Origin: a virus
Length of the DNA: 64,000 nt
Direction: 5' to 3' (one strand)
Virus record (IMG/VR): IMGVR_UViG_3300046168_000070
Span: 96,001 to 160,000 of that record
This document shows, piece by piece, positions 37,159-48,255 of the stretch. Position numbers and translations under genes: made by a program. Position 1 is the stretch's first letter. Each line of letters starts with the position of its first letter. A model generated the notes under the pieces. The model was not told the DNA's origin. It searched no databases and saw only the letters and a program-made list of their open reading frames with translations.

Positions 37159-40100
37159 TACTTCATTTTACTTGGATTTGGTAATACGCCGCCTAATCTC
37201 TGTTGATCTGTTAATATTTTAATAACTGACTCTTCAATTTGTTTTGCGATGTCATTGGCTTTTTGATTAACGCTAGAATTAACGCCGTTAGCACTTCCCA
37301 TGTCGCTTGATCCTCCGCCTTCATAAGAAGATTGCGAGCCGCCTTTTGAGTCTACAGTTACATTGATGTTTATGTCTCCTACGCCTCCGCCTGATCCTCC
37401 GCTAGAGGTTGAAAAGCCTCCGCTTCCTCCAGAAGGTTGAGATTGTAAAGCTAATAATATTTGAGAAAGTAAATCATTTTGTATGCTAGCTTGATCTACA
37501 AAATTAGAATTATTTGAAACATTAGATACATTAGATGAACTACGTACAGAATTAGAATTAGAGCTAGAAGAATTATTTATTTCAGTAGATTGAGATGTTT
37601 GACTTTTATCTATTACATTTTGTACGCTATTTGATATCTCTTGAGAAATAGTGGTATTTTGATTTTTAATTTCTTCTAAAATAGATTGTAATATAGTGGA
37701 TTGATCTGTGCCTGCTTCGCCTGCTTCTCCAGTTGTTATATTGTTTGTTGTTTTTGATTCTATCGTTTCTTTTAAGGTTTGAGTTTCACTGCGTGTTGAT
37801 TCTGCGGTTTCCCCTTGTATTATTAATGTATCTAAAATTTGCTGTAAAAGTTCAGACTGAGAATCCATGTTACTGCCTGCGGGCATTGATACATTTTTAC
37901 CCACAACTCCACCTCTATTTAAACGTTGAGCATTGATACTATTAAAGAAAGATAAGCCGTGTTTTTTGACAGCATCTTTATTTATTACGAATTCCCCTCC
38001 AGTTAATAAAGAAGGGACTTTCCCTTTTTGAGCGGAGTGACCCACTTTCCCTCCTAACGCGAAATTTTCAGTTAATCGTCGCTGGACATTATTAACTACT
38101 CCAGTAGACCCAGATATTGTTTTAGTTTCTGCTAAGCCAGCTGCGTTACTGGATAGAGGAGCCATGTTTTGCCCCATCATTGCTGTACCCGCCGAAGTGT
38201 TCCATGAAGTGTTTTGTAAAGAAAGAATGTCTGCCACTGATCCACCACCAATATTTTGAGAAAGATTTGGATTCTTAAAGCCTCCAAAGAAACCAGATTG
38301 CTGAGAAGCCATGCCTAGAGAATTAACTTGAAAACCAGAGCCTGCGAATCGAGCATTAGCTGCATTACCCCCTCTGGAAAATAAGTTTTTAGTGAAACTG
38401 CTAGAGCCTCTTGTCGAGCTTCCTGGATTAGCTCCTCCAGTAAATGATACGTAAGCTTGAGGATTACTAATTCCGTTCATTGCAAAGCGAGAACTGGCCT
38501 TGGCCATATTTGGCATTCCTCCTTTCATGTAAAGATCTCCAGAAGAAATATTCATATCCTTCATTACTTGCGGGGCGTGTTGTTTGAAAGTTTCTGGCCT
38601 TAAGGGCCCTGTTGGAACACCTGCTTCAGCCCTAACCCCTTGTTCTAGACCCATTGTGTTTGATGCTTTTGCTACTTGAGTACTTTGTATTGCGCTCGTT
38701 AATTGTGACACTCCAAAACTAATTGCTGCCCCTATTAAAGCCTGTTTGATGGCATTTTTAATTGCTTTCTTGCGTTGCTCTCTATATTTTCTTAACGCTT
38801 CAACATTTCTATCATAGGCGCCTACAGCATCTAAAGCTTGCTGTTTTGCAGTCATTACTTCATCCGCAACAGGTCCGCTAATTAAGCCTAACCCTGATAG
38901 CCTAGCACTCTCGTCCTCTAACTGAATATTAACACCCCCTCCTGAGCTGGAAGGCATTGCTTGGCCGTAATCATCTACTGCTCCTGTTGATTGAATTACA
39001 TCTCTTGCTCCAGAAGTTCCAGCTTGAGTTGCGAAACTCATAAGATTGTCTCTACCTGTAATTGCTCCCGCTTCCATCGTGCCCGCCTGACCAAATGAAG
39101 AAATCAAAAACCCGCCTTCTCCTGTTTGCTCTTCTAATTCTCGACTTGGGTCTGCAGGTCCAATCATACCTCCTTGATTTCTTTGCTTAACTGTACCTGA
39201 ATTGATGGATGTTAAAAAATCTTTTCCATATTTATTCACTGCAGATTTACGAATTACATATTCCCCGCTGTTTAACATCGCAGGAACGTCATCTTTTGTT
39301 CCACTGCCTCCGTAAACTTCTCCTCCATCACTCCTTCTAACTACTCCACCTTTTGAGAAAGGACTGAATCCTCCTGTCATCGACCCGATTCCTGTATTCA
39401 CTAAGCCTAAGATTTGATTTGAAAGTTTTTGTTGAATAGCTTGGTTTAATGTATCAAGAAAACCCAGAGCAACATCTTGGAGGGCGTCATCCCATGATTT
39501 AATTCCTGCGCCAGCTTCAGTTAAAGCTTTAGCCATATTGCTCGAGAATGTTCTAGGCAAGTCTTCACCTAGGGTTCTGTAAAATTCTAACTCGCTATTC
39601 TGAACGGTATTTGAGTTACTGGCTACACCTGCGAGAAAGACATCTCTATTACTCATTGGGCTCATTCCTTGTTGAGCCATTCCTTGCCTCATGGCCATTT
39701 GTTGAGCGGGGCTCGAAACATTATATTGACGCTGCAAGTCTAAAGAGGCTCGTGCCGCACCCGATATATCGCCAGATTCTTTGAGTTTCCTAATTGAATA
39801 AGAAGCTTTCTCTGTTTCGTCTGCCATTTTTCTAAGAGGGTCAAACTGAGCCTTAATTTGCTCTGAATGAGCAGCAAGGTCCTTGGCGTCTTCATCAAAA
39901 CCAGCAGAAGTTTTTCTTACATTATTATCTAATTGAGCAAAACTATTTAATATAGTATTTGAGGCTTCGCTAATTTTAGAGAAAGAACCGTCTTGAGATA
40001 AAGCTTTAATTTGATCTTCTATTTTCGCACCTTGAAGATCTTTTCTTTTTCCTAGAGCTTCTTGGAAGCCAGCATCTTTTGTTATAACTTTCAGCATCTC

Positions 40101-43100
40101 ATTTTTCATAGACTCGTTAAATTTAGTGGGGTCTTTTACGTTTGAGAACTGAGACTGAGCATCGTTAAATATTTTATTTAAATTAAAGTTTTTAACTTTA
40201 TCTTGAGATTCCTGAAGAGTATTGGTGGGGCCAGGGCTAAGTAATCCTTTGTTTCTATTTATTAATCCAATTTTATTTTGTAACTCCGCCGTTTCTTTAG
40301 TTAATGATGATAATTCACTTTCGAGAGCTTTATTACTTTTTTCAATTTCATCTGCCGTTTTTAAACTTCCTTGATTTTTTGAAATTGATTTTTGCTGGTT
40401 ATTCCAATCTGCGAACGCTAAGTTTAAATCTCCTGGTTGAGAGAAGTTTTTTTGGTTTTGTGATATAGCGCTCATTAATGGATTTTGTTGGGCAAATCTA
40501 TTACCTCCAAGACCAAAAGCTTTAATAAAATCAACTTGCGGAATTTGTCTTTGGGCCACTTCATCTTTCACTAGAGGAACTGAGGCATTTGCTTTTAGTT
40601 GCTCTTGAATGCTTGAAATTCTTGCCTGTCTTTCTTCAAGCTCTTTCGATAAACTAGAACCTCCGCTTTTTAACTTTTCTTGCTCTGCCGCTGCAGCAAA
40701 TACATCAGCATTAGCTTGTTCTACCAACGTCGCCCTTAATTCGTCTATGGCTATTATTAATTTATCATTTGAATTAATTAATGCATCCTGCACAGATGTA
40801 TCTTTAAATAACTGAGCTCCTTGAATTTGAGTTTCCTTGATTGATTCTGCACTAAATTTTTCTCTTCTTTTTGCGAGTAATTTACTCTCTGTTTCAATAT
40901 CAAAAAGTTCTTGAGCTCCGTCTCCTGTTTTTGTGAAAGGCTGATACTTTCTTTCTCTTTCAATTGCTCTTATTTCAGAATCAAACCCGAGACCTTCGTC
41001 TATTTGAATAGATCTTAGAGAGCGAATTTTTTCATCAACTGCTAGATTTAATTGCTGTCTCGAGTTAGCTTCTTTTTCTTGCAATTCTTGAATACGCATT
41101 TGAGTTGTGATCTGCTTATTCTCAATGCTCAATTTTGCGTTAATTAAAGATTCGCTTTCTTTATATCCATCAAGAACTGTTTTTATGGACTCGGATAATT
41201 GCCTACCTTGAGCCAATGTGCCAGGTTTAATGCCCAAGGCCTCTTCGAGCTTTTCTGGAGAATCTAAAAGTGTTTTAATTGTTTCTGCACTAGCGTTTTG
41301 TATTTTTTCTGAAAATGCGGATAAACCAGTAGGGGTCACTCCCTCACTTTTGAGCTGATTTAAAACGTCACCTAATAGTTTTTGCCTAGTTTCTTCAAGG
41401 CTTTCGCTTTTTTCTAGCTCTGCATTTACCCCTGCTTGAGCTTTGAGCATGTTCTCTTCCATTGCCAGCCTGTCTGACACAGAAGAATTCATTGTCATAT
41501 ACTTTAGCTTGAGTTCATCGAGCTCGTTTTTTATTTTTAAATCCCCTTTTAGGAATTCAAATGCTATTTTGCTTTTAACTGCAGCTTGCCTTATATTATC
41601 CTTGAGCGAAGAAAAATCTCTTGCCGCATTCTTCATTTCTTTAGCGACTTTTGCACTACCTTCTAGGACATCTTTGAGGTTCTTACCTGATTCCTGAACG
41701 GCTTTAAGGAAAGAGTCCCAGCCACCTTCGTCTATAATATTATCTATTTCGTCAGCTATTAAGTTAAAATTAACTTCATCTTTTTGTTTATCAAAACCTA
41801 GGATTTTAGCAACGTTTTCGCCTGACCTTTTTTCCCCTTCCGCAGCGCTTTTAAAGATAGGGCGCCCTCCCAAGCTTCTGCCTGTCATGTATCTATCTTT
41901 CTTTAAGTTGCTTAAGCTTCCAATTTGATCTTCAGTTAAACCAAACTGGCCAAAAGAGCTAGCTAGTTTTGATCTTTCTCTCTCTCCCACGCCTTTAGAT
42001 TTACCAATAAATGGATTGGCATCGTCAGCAGCTTCTCTGAAAAGTCCTAAGTTCTCTAATAATTGCGCTGAGCCTACTTGCTTTTGTGTAATTTGGGCAA
42101 AATTTTCGCGAACAGCTGCTCTTTCTTGCTCGTTGTTTGCACCTAGATATGCTTGAGCTAAAGTTTGACCCTTTTGATTTTTTAGATTAGGGTTACTTTT
42201 ATTTAATGTCTCGCTTATTTTTTTAGCTAATTCAGACTCGGATAAGCCTGATGATTTGAGCTGATCTAGCGCTCCAAAAGTATTATTTAATTCAGTTTGA
42301 ATTGAGGAGGCTTCTTGAACTACCCCAGCGAGCTCTTCCATACTTAATTCTGTATTACCCAGAGCACTTACCAAGCCTCCAGCCGCTCCAAGAGCTCCTC
42401 CGACAGCAGCTCCAACCGCAGTTCCAATAACAGGTACAGCGCTACCTATTGCACCTCCTAGCATTGCTCCTGAAGAAAGACCTGTAGTTATACTACCTGC
42501 AGCGCCGCTAGCAAATCTTTGACCCTTACTCATTTTGACTCTATCTCCGCCGAAAGCAGAAGTAAGACCTTGATCTATTATTCCTCCAGCAATAGGTAAT
42601 CCAAAGCTTGCGCCGAATCCGCCAGAAAATCTACCGAAACTCCTGAGAGCTTTTGCGCCTTTCGATTTACTATCCCTAAGCCCTCTAAGCCTGCTACCGA
42701 TGACCCCTTCTTCTCCAAGCCCTAATTTACCTGATTTATTTACGAGTTTTTCTTGATCAGATTTTTTTCTAGCTGCGTTAATTTGCTTTATACCTTCTGC
42801 AGTTTCTTGCTTTTCAAAACCCAACTGCCTTAGTGCTTCTTTAGTTTGTCCTTCACTGGCTCCTTTTTCTTTAAGTCGAAGTAGTAAGGTTTCTTTGTTT
42901 AAACCAGTTTGGTTAAGTGCGTGAGTATTATATGTTTTTACAAATGACTGCATGTCAGAGTTTAACTTGACTCCAGTTTTACTCATTTCCTTCATTGCTC
43001 CTCCCAATACTTTTAAGTCGCGAAATACACTTGAATCAAAACCAGGCAGTTTTCTACTACGAGCAGCAAAATTTGGAACATCTTGCATGCCTCTTGGTTC

Positions 43101-46007
43101 GTCTCTAGTATTTGTGACTGCGAGTCCCATTGGATTGCTGGAACTTTTTAATTTATTGCTTTGATTGATTCTAATTTTAGATACAGGTAGACCAGCGGCT
43201 TGTTCTCTTTGTATTGCTTCTATTAATGGATGATCTTTCGCAAAGCTTGGGATAAATCCTGAGGCAGCTGTCTGGCCTATTTGAGCTAAATATTTTTGCC
43301 TATTATCATTAAAGATTTTTTTAGCCATACTGTCAAATGTTGATTTATTTGCAGAAGCTTTAAAATCCATTCTATTTATCCCAGAGCTTCCGATACCAAA
43401 AAGTTTTCGAACTTTATCGAGTGTTCCAGGAGATTTGCTTGTATTGCTGATATTTACATCAAAATCTCCCTTACCTCTTTCTGCAGACATAGCGCTATCT
43501 ATCCCGTATGCTTGAGCTACCGCAGCTTCGAAAGCGGCCCCAACGGCAGCTCCCACAGCCCCTTTGCCTCCAGGAGTTGATTCGAGTTTTTTCTTTATAG
43601 TTGACGAGTTTACCCCTCGAGTCCCTTTGGGTTTAATTGCATTTGAGAATTGAGCGGATGATTTAAAAATGTTTTGAGAAACGCTACTTTCTAAATTATC
43701 TTCTTGTGGATTAGTAGCTTGATCACTAGAGGGGCTTTGCGGGCCAGCAACCAATAAATTAGACATGCTGTAAGGATAGGTTTTGCTTCCAGATTTAAAA
43801 GTGCCTACGCTTGGCTGGGCAATTCCTGGAGTTCTGTTGATTTGAGGTACGAGTACCGCATACCCAGAGCCACTAATATCCATGCGCTGACTTTTTCTTT
43901 GGGCTCTTTTTTCGTCTGCAGCTTTAGCTCTTTGGGCAGATAAGCCTCCGCCTTGAGCTTGCCGAAGCAATTCCCTCTGTTCGTCTACTCCTATACTCGA
44001 TCCAGCAAAACCGCTCCACGATGGCGGAGGTATTTTAACTGAGCCACCTTCTCTGATATGCCTCAAGGATTCATCTAAACTGTTAAATCTGCTGATTTTT
44101 TTTGCCGCGAAATTAGGAACAAAACCTCTACTTGCATACGGATCAAACCCATATATGTCTAATGTTTTTTGGCGATGACTTTTTCCAGCCTCAGAGGCTG
44201 AAGGTGGATTTATAAAGGGATCTTGAAAGCCAGGAACTTTTTTGACTTTTTCAGCTGTATTATATATAACTGTTTGTCCGCTAGGCATCTCCATGCTTTT
44301 AACTTTGCCTGGGGCGTATCCCCCTGCTATGGCCCCATTTCTTTCTCTTTGTTTCGCGTTAAAATTTGGTATGTATCCAGAAGCGCTTCTACGAGCAGCT
44401 CTTTCGGGAATTATAAGATTTTCATTAGCTCCTATATTGACAGCTGTTCTAGCAAGATGTTGAGCTAATTTGACTTGCTCTCTCTGCGCTGCTGTTTGCT
44501 TAACGATTAAGTCTAAAATGACTTGTTCTTGCTGTCGCTTTGTCTGCCCTTGACCGATTAGAGACCCTACGACTTCGTGATTACTGCGTAATAAATTTAA
44601 AATGCTTTCTTGTACCGCTTTTTGTTTCTGAGCCTCAGAGGTCATGCCCATGAAGTTTCTTATACTGGTGGAGGCAAATTTTGCTACATCAACAAATAAT
44701 TTACCAACAAGACCTAGAATCAAGACTGCTCCTGGCCCAGATATTACATTACCTATTCCTTTAAGAAAACCATTTGCAAAATTGCTGCCTATAGAGTCTC
44801 CATCTAAAACATTAGAAATTCCATCAGCTAACCCGTTTACCGCTTTTAAAATCTTTTCAATGCCTGGGCCTACTGTAATTGATCCAATCTGATCTGCTAG
44901 TTGCTGTAGGCTTAATCCTGTTTTTGTAAGTAAAGCATCTAATGTTTTATTTAATTGCTCATTCTTTTTTACAGCTTCATCTGTCGCTGATGCTGATATT
45001 TGAATTGCTCTGGCTGTAATACTATTTTCCTTACCCAAGTCCCGCATTGCTGCTTTTAACGTATTGATCTGAAACATTCCACCAACTAATTGTGCAATAT
45101 TAGATTGTTGTGACTGCGATAAAGTATCGTATGTCTTAGCTAAGTTTTCAAGAATTTTAATCGCTGGAATTACATTGCCCTGCATATCCTTGACTGCAAC
45201 CCCAAGCATTTCTAGCTGTTCAATAGTTTGAGGTCTCTGTATTCTAGTAAAAATTGTTTTAAATGAGTTACCGATAACAGCTCCACCTCTAGCAGTAATT
45301 TGTTGAGCTGCTGTGATAGCGCCTATTAATTGATCAATATTCATTCCCGCATCCTGAGCAACTGCTGATGCTCTAGATAAGCCGTCGATTAAATCTTCTG
45401 AACTAACAGCAAAAGCCATATCGACTGCAGCCAGTTTATTCATTATATTTGCAGTAGATAATCCAGCGTCTCCAAATGCATTGATTGCAGCAGTAAGACC
45501 TTTAACTGAATCTGCTGCTTTCATCCCTGTTAACCTTGTGAGTATAAGGGCATCATTAGTCCTTTTTAATGTTTGCTCCATTGTTAAACCTTGACGGGCA
45601 AATTCTGTTGCGGCTGAAGCTACAGAGTCAAAGCTTTGAGCTGTATTCTTTGCTATTTTAAATAAGCTATTACCAAATTGGTCTAAATTTTTAGCGCTAG
45701 TACCCATGACAACATTGATATCAGCTAGAGCTTTCTCTACTTTTATTGTTTGTACAACTAATTGAGAAAAAGCATTTTTAACTGATTCGATAACAGCTAC
45801 TGAGGCGCCGAATGCTACAACACGAGCATTGGAGGCTTCAATCGACTTAGTGAATTCATCCGCCGCCCCTGTAATTCTTCCTAACGGTTGAGTGAAAGAG
45901 CGATCATCAACATTTATCTTCAAAGGCTTTCTGTTGAACTGGTCCATAGCCTTTTGTATGGAGCGTTCTAAGCCTACTTGTTCTACTGGAAGTTTGAAAG
46001 TACTCAT
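37158..46007 (-). CDS. Tape measure protein with embedded cassettes
   Basis: TP901-type core (AATEFARQG, KLAAVD..AVSSEDL, IGNSFKTIFTRI); helical Ala/Gly/Lys-rich body; two L..GE(Y/F)VI.K.AV motifs. Confidence 0.9.
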   Translation of the reverse strand: MSTFKLPVEQVGLERSIQKAMDQFNRKPLKINVDDRSFTQPLGRITGAADEFTKSIEASNARVVAFGASVAVIESVKNAFSQLVVQTIKVEKALADINVVMGTSAKNLDQFGNSLFKIAKNTAQSFDSVASAATEFARQGLTMEQTLKRTNDALILTRLTGMKAADSVKGLTAAINAFGDAGLSTANIMNKLAAVDMAFAVSSEDLIDGLSRASAVAQDAGMNIDQLIGAITAAQQITARGGAVIGNSFKTIFTRIQRPQTIEQLEMLGVAVKDMQGNVIPAIKILENLAKTYDTLSQSQQSNIAQLVGGMFQINTLKAAMRDLGKENSITARAIQISASATDEAVKKNEQLNKTLDALLTKTGLSLQQLADQIGSITVGPGIEKILKAVNGLADGISNVLDGDSIGSNFANGFLKGIGNVISGPGAVLILGLVGKLFVDVAKFASTSIRNFMGMTSEAQKQKAVQESILNLLRSNHEVVGSLIGQGQTKRQQEQVILDLIVKQTAAQREQVKLAQHLARTAVNIGANENLIIPERAARRSASGYIPNFNAKQRERNGAIAGGYAPGKVKSMEMPSGQTVIYNTAEKVKKVPGFQDPFINPPSASEAGKSHRQKTLDIYGFDPYASRGFVPNFAAKKISRFNSLDESLRHIREGGSVKIPPPSWSGFAGSSIGVDEQRELLRQAQGGGLSAQRAKAADEKRAQRKSQRMDISGSGYAVLVPQINRTPGIAQPSVGTFKSGSKTYPYSMSNLLVAGPQSPSSDQATNPQEDNLESSVSQNIFKSSAQFSNAIKPKGTRGVNSSTIKKKLESTPGGKGAVGAAVGAAFEAAVAQAYGIDSAMSAERGKGDFDVNISNTSKSPGTLDKVRKLFGIGSSGINRMDFKASANKSTFDSMAKKIFNDNRQKYLAQIGQTAASGFIPSFAKDHPLIEAIQREQAAGLPVSKIRINQSNKLKSSSNPMGLAVTNTRDEPRGMQDVPNFAARSRKLPGFDSSVFRDLKVLGGAMKEMSKTGVKLNSDMQSFVKTYNTHALNQTGLNKETLLLRLKEKGASEGQTKEALRQLGFEKQETAEGIKQINAARKKSDQEKLVNKSGKLGLGEEGVIGSRLRGLRDSKSKGAKALRSFGRFSGGFGASFGLPIAGGIIDQGLTSAFGGDRVKMSKGQRFASGAAGSITTGLSSGAMLGGAIGSAVPVIGTAVGAAVGGALGAAGGLVSALGNTELSMEELAGVVQEASSIQTELNNTFGALDQLKSSGLSESELAKKISETLNKSNPNLKNQKGQTLAQAYLGANNEQERAAVRENFAQITQKQVGSAQLLENLGLFREAADDANPFIGKSKGVGERERSKLASSFGQFGLTEDQIGSLSNLKKDRYMTGRSLGGRPIFKSAAEGEKRSGENVAKILGFDKQKDEVNFNLIADEIDNIIDEGGWDSFLKAVQESGKNLKDVLEGSAKVAKEMKNAARDFSSLKDNIRQAAVKSKIAFEFLKGDLKIKNELDELKLKYMTMNSSVSDRLAMEENMLKAQAGVNAELEKSESLEETRQKLLGDVLNQLKSEGVTPTGLSAFSEKIQNASAETIKTLLDSPEKLEEALGIKPGTLAQGRQLSESIKTVLDGYKESESLINAKLSIENKQITTQMRIQELQEKEANSRQQLNLAVDEKIRSLRSIQIDEGLGFDSEIRAIERERKYQPFTKTGDGAQELFDIETESKLLAKRREKFSAESIKETQIQGAQLFKDTSVQDALINSNDKLIIAIDELRATLVEQANADVFAAAAEQEKLKSGGSSLSKELEERQARISSIQEQLKANASVPLVKDEVAQRQIPQVDFIKAFGLGGNRFAQQNPLMSAISQNQKNFSQPGDLNLAFADWNNQQKSISKNQGSLKTADEIEKSNKALESELSSLTKETAELQNKIGLINRNKGLLSPGPTNTLQESQDKVKNFNLNKIFNDAQSQFSNVKDPTKFNESMKNEMLKVITKDAGFQEALGKRKDLQGAKIEDQIKALSQDGSFSKISEASNTILNSFAQLDNNVRKTSAGFDEDAKDLAAHSEQIKAQFDPLRKMADETEKASYSIRKLKESGDISGAARASLDLQRQYNVSSPAQQMAMRQGMAQQGMSPMSNRDVFLAGVASNSNTVQNSELEFYRTLGEDLPRTFSSNMAKALTEAGAGIKSWDDALQDVALGFLDTLNQAIQQKLSNQILGLVNTGIGSMTGGFSPFSKGGVVRRSDGGEVYGGSGTKDDVPAMLNSGEYVIRKSAVNKYGKDFLTSINSGTVKQRNQGGMIGPADPSRELEEQTGEGGFLISSFGQAGTMEAGAITGRDNLMSFATQAGTSGARDVIQSTGAVDDYGQAMPSSSGGGVNIQLEDESARLSGLGLISGPVADEVMTAKQQALDAVGAYDRNVEALRKYREQRKKAIKNAIKQALIGAAISFGVSQLTSAIQSTQVAKASNTMGLEQGVRAEAGVPTGPLRPETFKQHAPQVMKDMNISSGDLYMKGGMPNMAKASSRFAMNGISNPQAYVSFTGGANPGSSTRGSSSFTKNLFSRGGNAANARFAGSGFQVNSLGMASQQSGFFGGFKNPNLSQNIGGGSVADILSLQNTSWNTSAGTAMMGQNMAPLSSNAAGLAETKTISGSTGVVNNVQRRLTENFALGGKVGHSAQKGKVPSLLTGGEFVINKDAVKKHGLSFFNSINAQRLNRGGVVGKNVSMPAGSNMDSQSELLQQILDTLIIQGETAESTRSETQTLKETIESKTTNNITTGEAGEAGTDQSTILQSILEEIKNQNTTISQEISNSVQNVIDKSQTSQSTEINNSSSSNSNSVRSSSNVSNVSNNSNFVDQASIQNDLLSQILLALQSQPSGGSGGFSTSSGGSGGGVGDININVTVDSKGGSQSSYEGGGSSDMGSANGVNSSVNQKANDIAKQIEESVIKILTDQQRLGGVLPNPSKMK

Positions 46008-46031
46008 TGTTCATGAGTATTTACACTAATA

Positions 46032-47039
46032 TTATTGTTTTGGATTAGCTCCCATTAAGGCTATTAGATCATTCATATCTAAAGATCCACCCTTTTTCTT
46101 CGCTTCTTCATATAATGATACTTCTTTAGGGCCATTTTCTTTATCAACCCCCATGTATTCATAGTCTTCTTTGTTCGCTCCAAATACTGTGGTAGCACCT
46201 CTTTTATCTTCGTCTTTAGTTAATGTTTCCTTATTTTTATCAGAAGAATTTGCAAAATCTAATAAAGCTAAAGGATCTTTTTTAATATGTTCTGGTATTT
46301 TTTCGTGCTTCTCTAAAATAGATTTAAATATTCTACTATAAACTATTAGTCTGATTTGATGTTGCGTTAAAAAACAAACAGGCTTTCCATAAAATTGAGT
46401 AGAGTCTTCGCAAAACGGCATATAAGGAAAGAAAAATTCTTCTAAACAAATTTTTTGTATATTATATTCTGATATTTCATTATGCCATTTATTATGTAAA
46501 TTAATAATTTCAGTAAGCTCTGACCTAGCGATAGCATCATATTCCTCTCTGGTAAAAAGATTGTCTTCCAGTGTTTTATCTTTATAAAAACATTGTAAAA
46601 TGTAATAATCATTGACCCTTTCTTTAGCATACCTTTCTGCGGTTCTTCCTAGTAATTCTTCTTTTTCGTTTTTCTTTTCGTTTAACTGATTCTGGACCTC
46701 CATGATCCTTCTATTTTGTTCGTCTATCTGAGACTTGAGTCCTATATTCTTTTTATTAGAAACCAGGCTATCTAGATATTTTTCTTTATCTTTAATAAAA
46801 AACTCATCATCTTCAGTCCAGTCTCCGCCTTCTATTAGAAGATTCAAATTTTCTTCTTCAGAAGGAACACCTCTGGACTTTGCTTCTGATAAGTATTCAT
46901 CATGAACGTCCTCAAGATCTACTTGATCATGGGAGTTTATGTGCTTTATGTATACTTGTTGGCGCTGAAATTTATCTTGAGAATAGCCTCTGACTATATC
47001 TCTAAATATTTTTCGTAAAATATTTGAGTCATCAGCCAC
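46032..47039 (-). CDS. Tail assembly chaperone-like protein
   Basis: Directly upstream of TMP; charged helical. Confidence 0.55.
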   Translation of the reverse strand: MADDSNILRKIFRDIVRGYSQDKFQRQQVYIKHINSHDQVDLEDVHDEYLSEAKSRGVPSEEENLNLLIEGGDWTEDDEFFIKDKEKYLDSLVSNKKNIGLKSQIDEQNRRIMEVQNQLNEKKNEKEELLGRTAERYAKERVNDYYILQCFYKDKTLEDNLFTREEYDAIARSELTEIINLHNKWHNEISEYNIQKICLEEFFFPYMPFCEDSTQFYGKPVCFLTQHQIRLIVYSRIFKSILEKHEKIPEHIKKDPLALLDFANSSDKNKETLTKDEDKRGATTVFGANKEDYEYMGVDKENGPKEVSLYEEAKKKGGSLDMNDLIALMGANPKQ

Positions 47040-47047
47040 CGCATTGT

Positions 47048-47956
47048 CTATTTAGTTTTTTTGGTTGGCTTTCTCGAGCTTGGTCTAGAGGTTTTTTTCG
47101 TTGCGGGCTTAGGCTTGCTAGCAGGAACCTTTTCGGCAATTTGTTCAACTTTTAATTCTTCTTCTTTTTTTGGATTTAATTCTTGATCCACTTCCTCTAC
47201 ATCTTCATTTAGATTGTCAAACTCTTCTTTGTCTGTGCTACTACTGAAGAACCAGTAGCTAATAAAAGTTGTGAGTTTATTTTTTATGTTGTTAAAAATA
47301 TCAGATTTGCCTTGCTCGTCAAAAAGGTAATATTGCTCTAACTTATCGTCGGCTGTAACACCTTCAAATAAAGGGACAAGCTCACTGTCTTCAGCTTCTT
47401 CTTCTTTAAAATAAGTTAAATTTACAACATACCACATAATAGCTTTATTTTGAGCTTTTGTATCTGCGGTATGGTTGAAAAGAGCTGAGTAGGCTGTCTC
47501 AAGATTAACAATACTTGTTCTCGTTTCAGTTAAATCTATTAATAGCTGTCGAATGACATTAAGATCTTCGGCGCTCTTTTTTTCTTTGCTTTGATATCTT
47601 TGGTATTCTGTCTGTAGTTCGCCTACTCTGGCGTAGTGTTTATTAAGTTCTAGAGCGTCATCCTCAGTCATCATACCTCCTAAGTCTGAGTATTTTTTAG
47701 AAAGCATAGCTTTAGTAAGAATTCCTTTTTTAATACAGCGACTCATTTCGATACTGTACTCCATGTCAGCCTCTTCCATTTGCCTACGGTTCGGTTGCTT
47801 AATGACAATCCTGTACCTCGTTGGCACTTCAATAGTTTTAGATACAGTTACTTTTTCAGGGTCGCCCGTTTCTTGATTAAACTCTGTTTTAGTTTCAGAT
47901 ATTTCTTTTGTTTGACTTACTTCTGTACTGAAGCTATAGATTTCTTTATTACTCAT
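47048..47956 (-). CDS. Tail assembly chaperone-like protein
   Basis: Upstream of TMP; PNRRQMEEAD..KKGILTKAML. Confidence 0.55.
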   Translation of the reverse strand: MSNKEIYSFSTEVSQTKEISETKTEFNQETGDPEKVTVSKTIEVPTRYRIVIKQPNRRQMEEADMEYSIEMSRCIKKGILTKAMLSKKYSDLGGMMTEDDALELNKHYARVGELQTEYQRYQSKEKKSAEDLNVIRQLLIDLTETRTSIVNLETAYSALFNHTADTKAQNKAIMWYVVNLTYFKEEEAEDSELVPLFEGVTADDKLEQYYLFDEQGKSDIFNNIKNKLTTFISYWFFSSSTDKEEFDNLNEDVEEVDQELNPKKEEELKVEQIAEKVPASKPKPATKKTSRPSSRKPTKKTK

Positions 47957-47964
47957 AATATATT

Positions 47965-48255
47965 TTATTTTTTAAACTCAAAAATTAAATCAATTTTTTC
48001 AAATTCAGAATTATTTTTCCGAACTGATTCATTCCCCATGTCTAATACTTTCTTTCGAATAGATTGTAATTTTTCATAATCGAAGTAATCAGCCATATTA
48101 ATTAATCCTTCATGTTCTTCAGGTAAGGAATGCTTGAGTTTTAAAAATATCCTCTGATGTTCAGAGTGTAGATCTTCAACAATATTTAAAAATCTTTTAA
48201 ACAGATCTTTAGTATGTTTTTCAATATTTTCTTCTATTAATTGTTTTGGTTCCAT
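47965..48255 (-). CDS. Hypothetical protein
   Basis: ORF track; purine-rich leader. Confidence 0.7.
   Translation of the reverse strand: MEPKQLIEENIEKHTKDLFKRFLNIVEDLHSEHQRIFLKLKHSLPEEHEGLINMADYFDYEKLQSIRKKVLDMGNESVRKNNSEFEKIDLIFEFKK

Noticed and set aside
45907-46014. Out-of-frame ATG 7 nt upstream of the TMP start (35-aa overlapping ORF)
   Set aside because: No independent support; such overlaps arise readily in AT-rich leaders.
47030-47070. G/GT programmed frameshift between the two tail chaperone genes at the A7 run
   Set aside because: The -1 frame hits TAA immediately and the +1 frame also stops before joining the downstream ORF.
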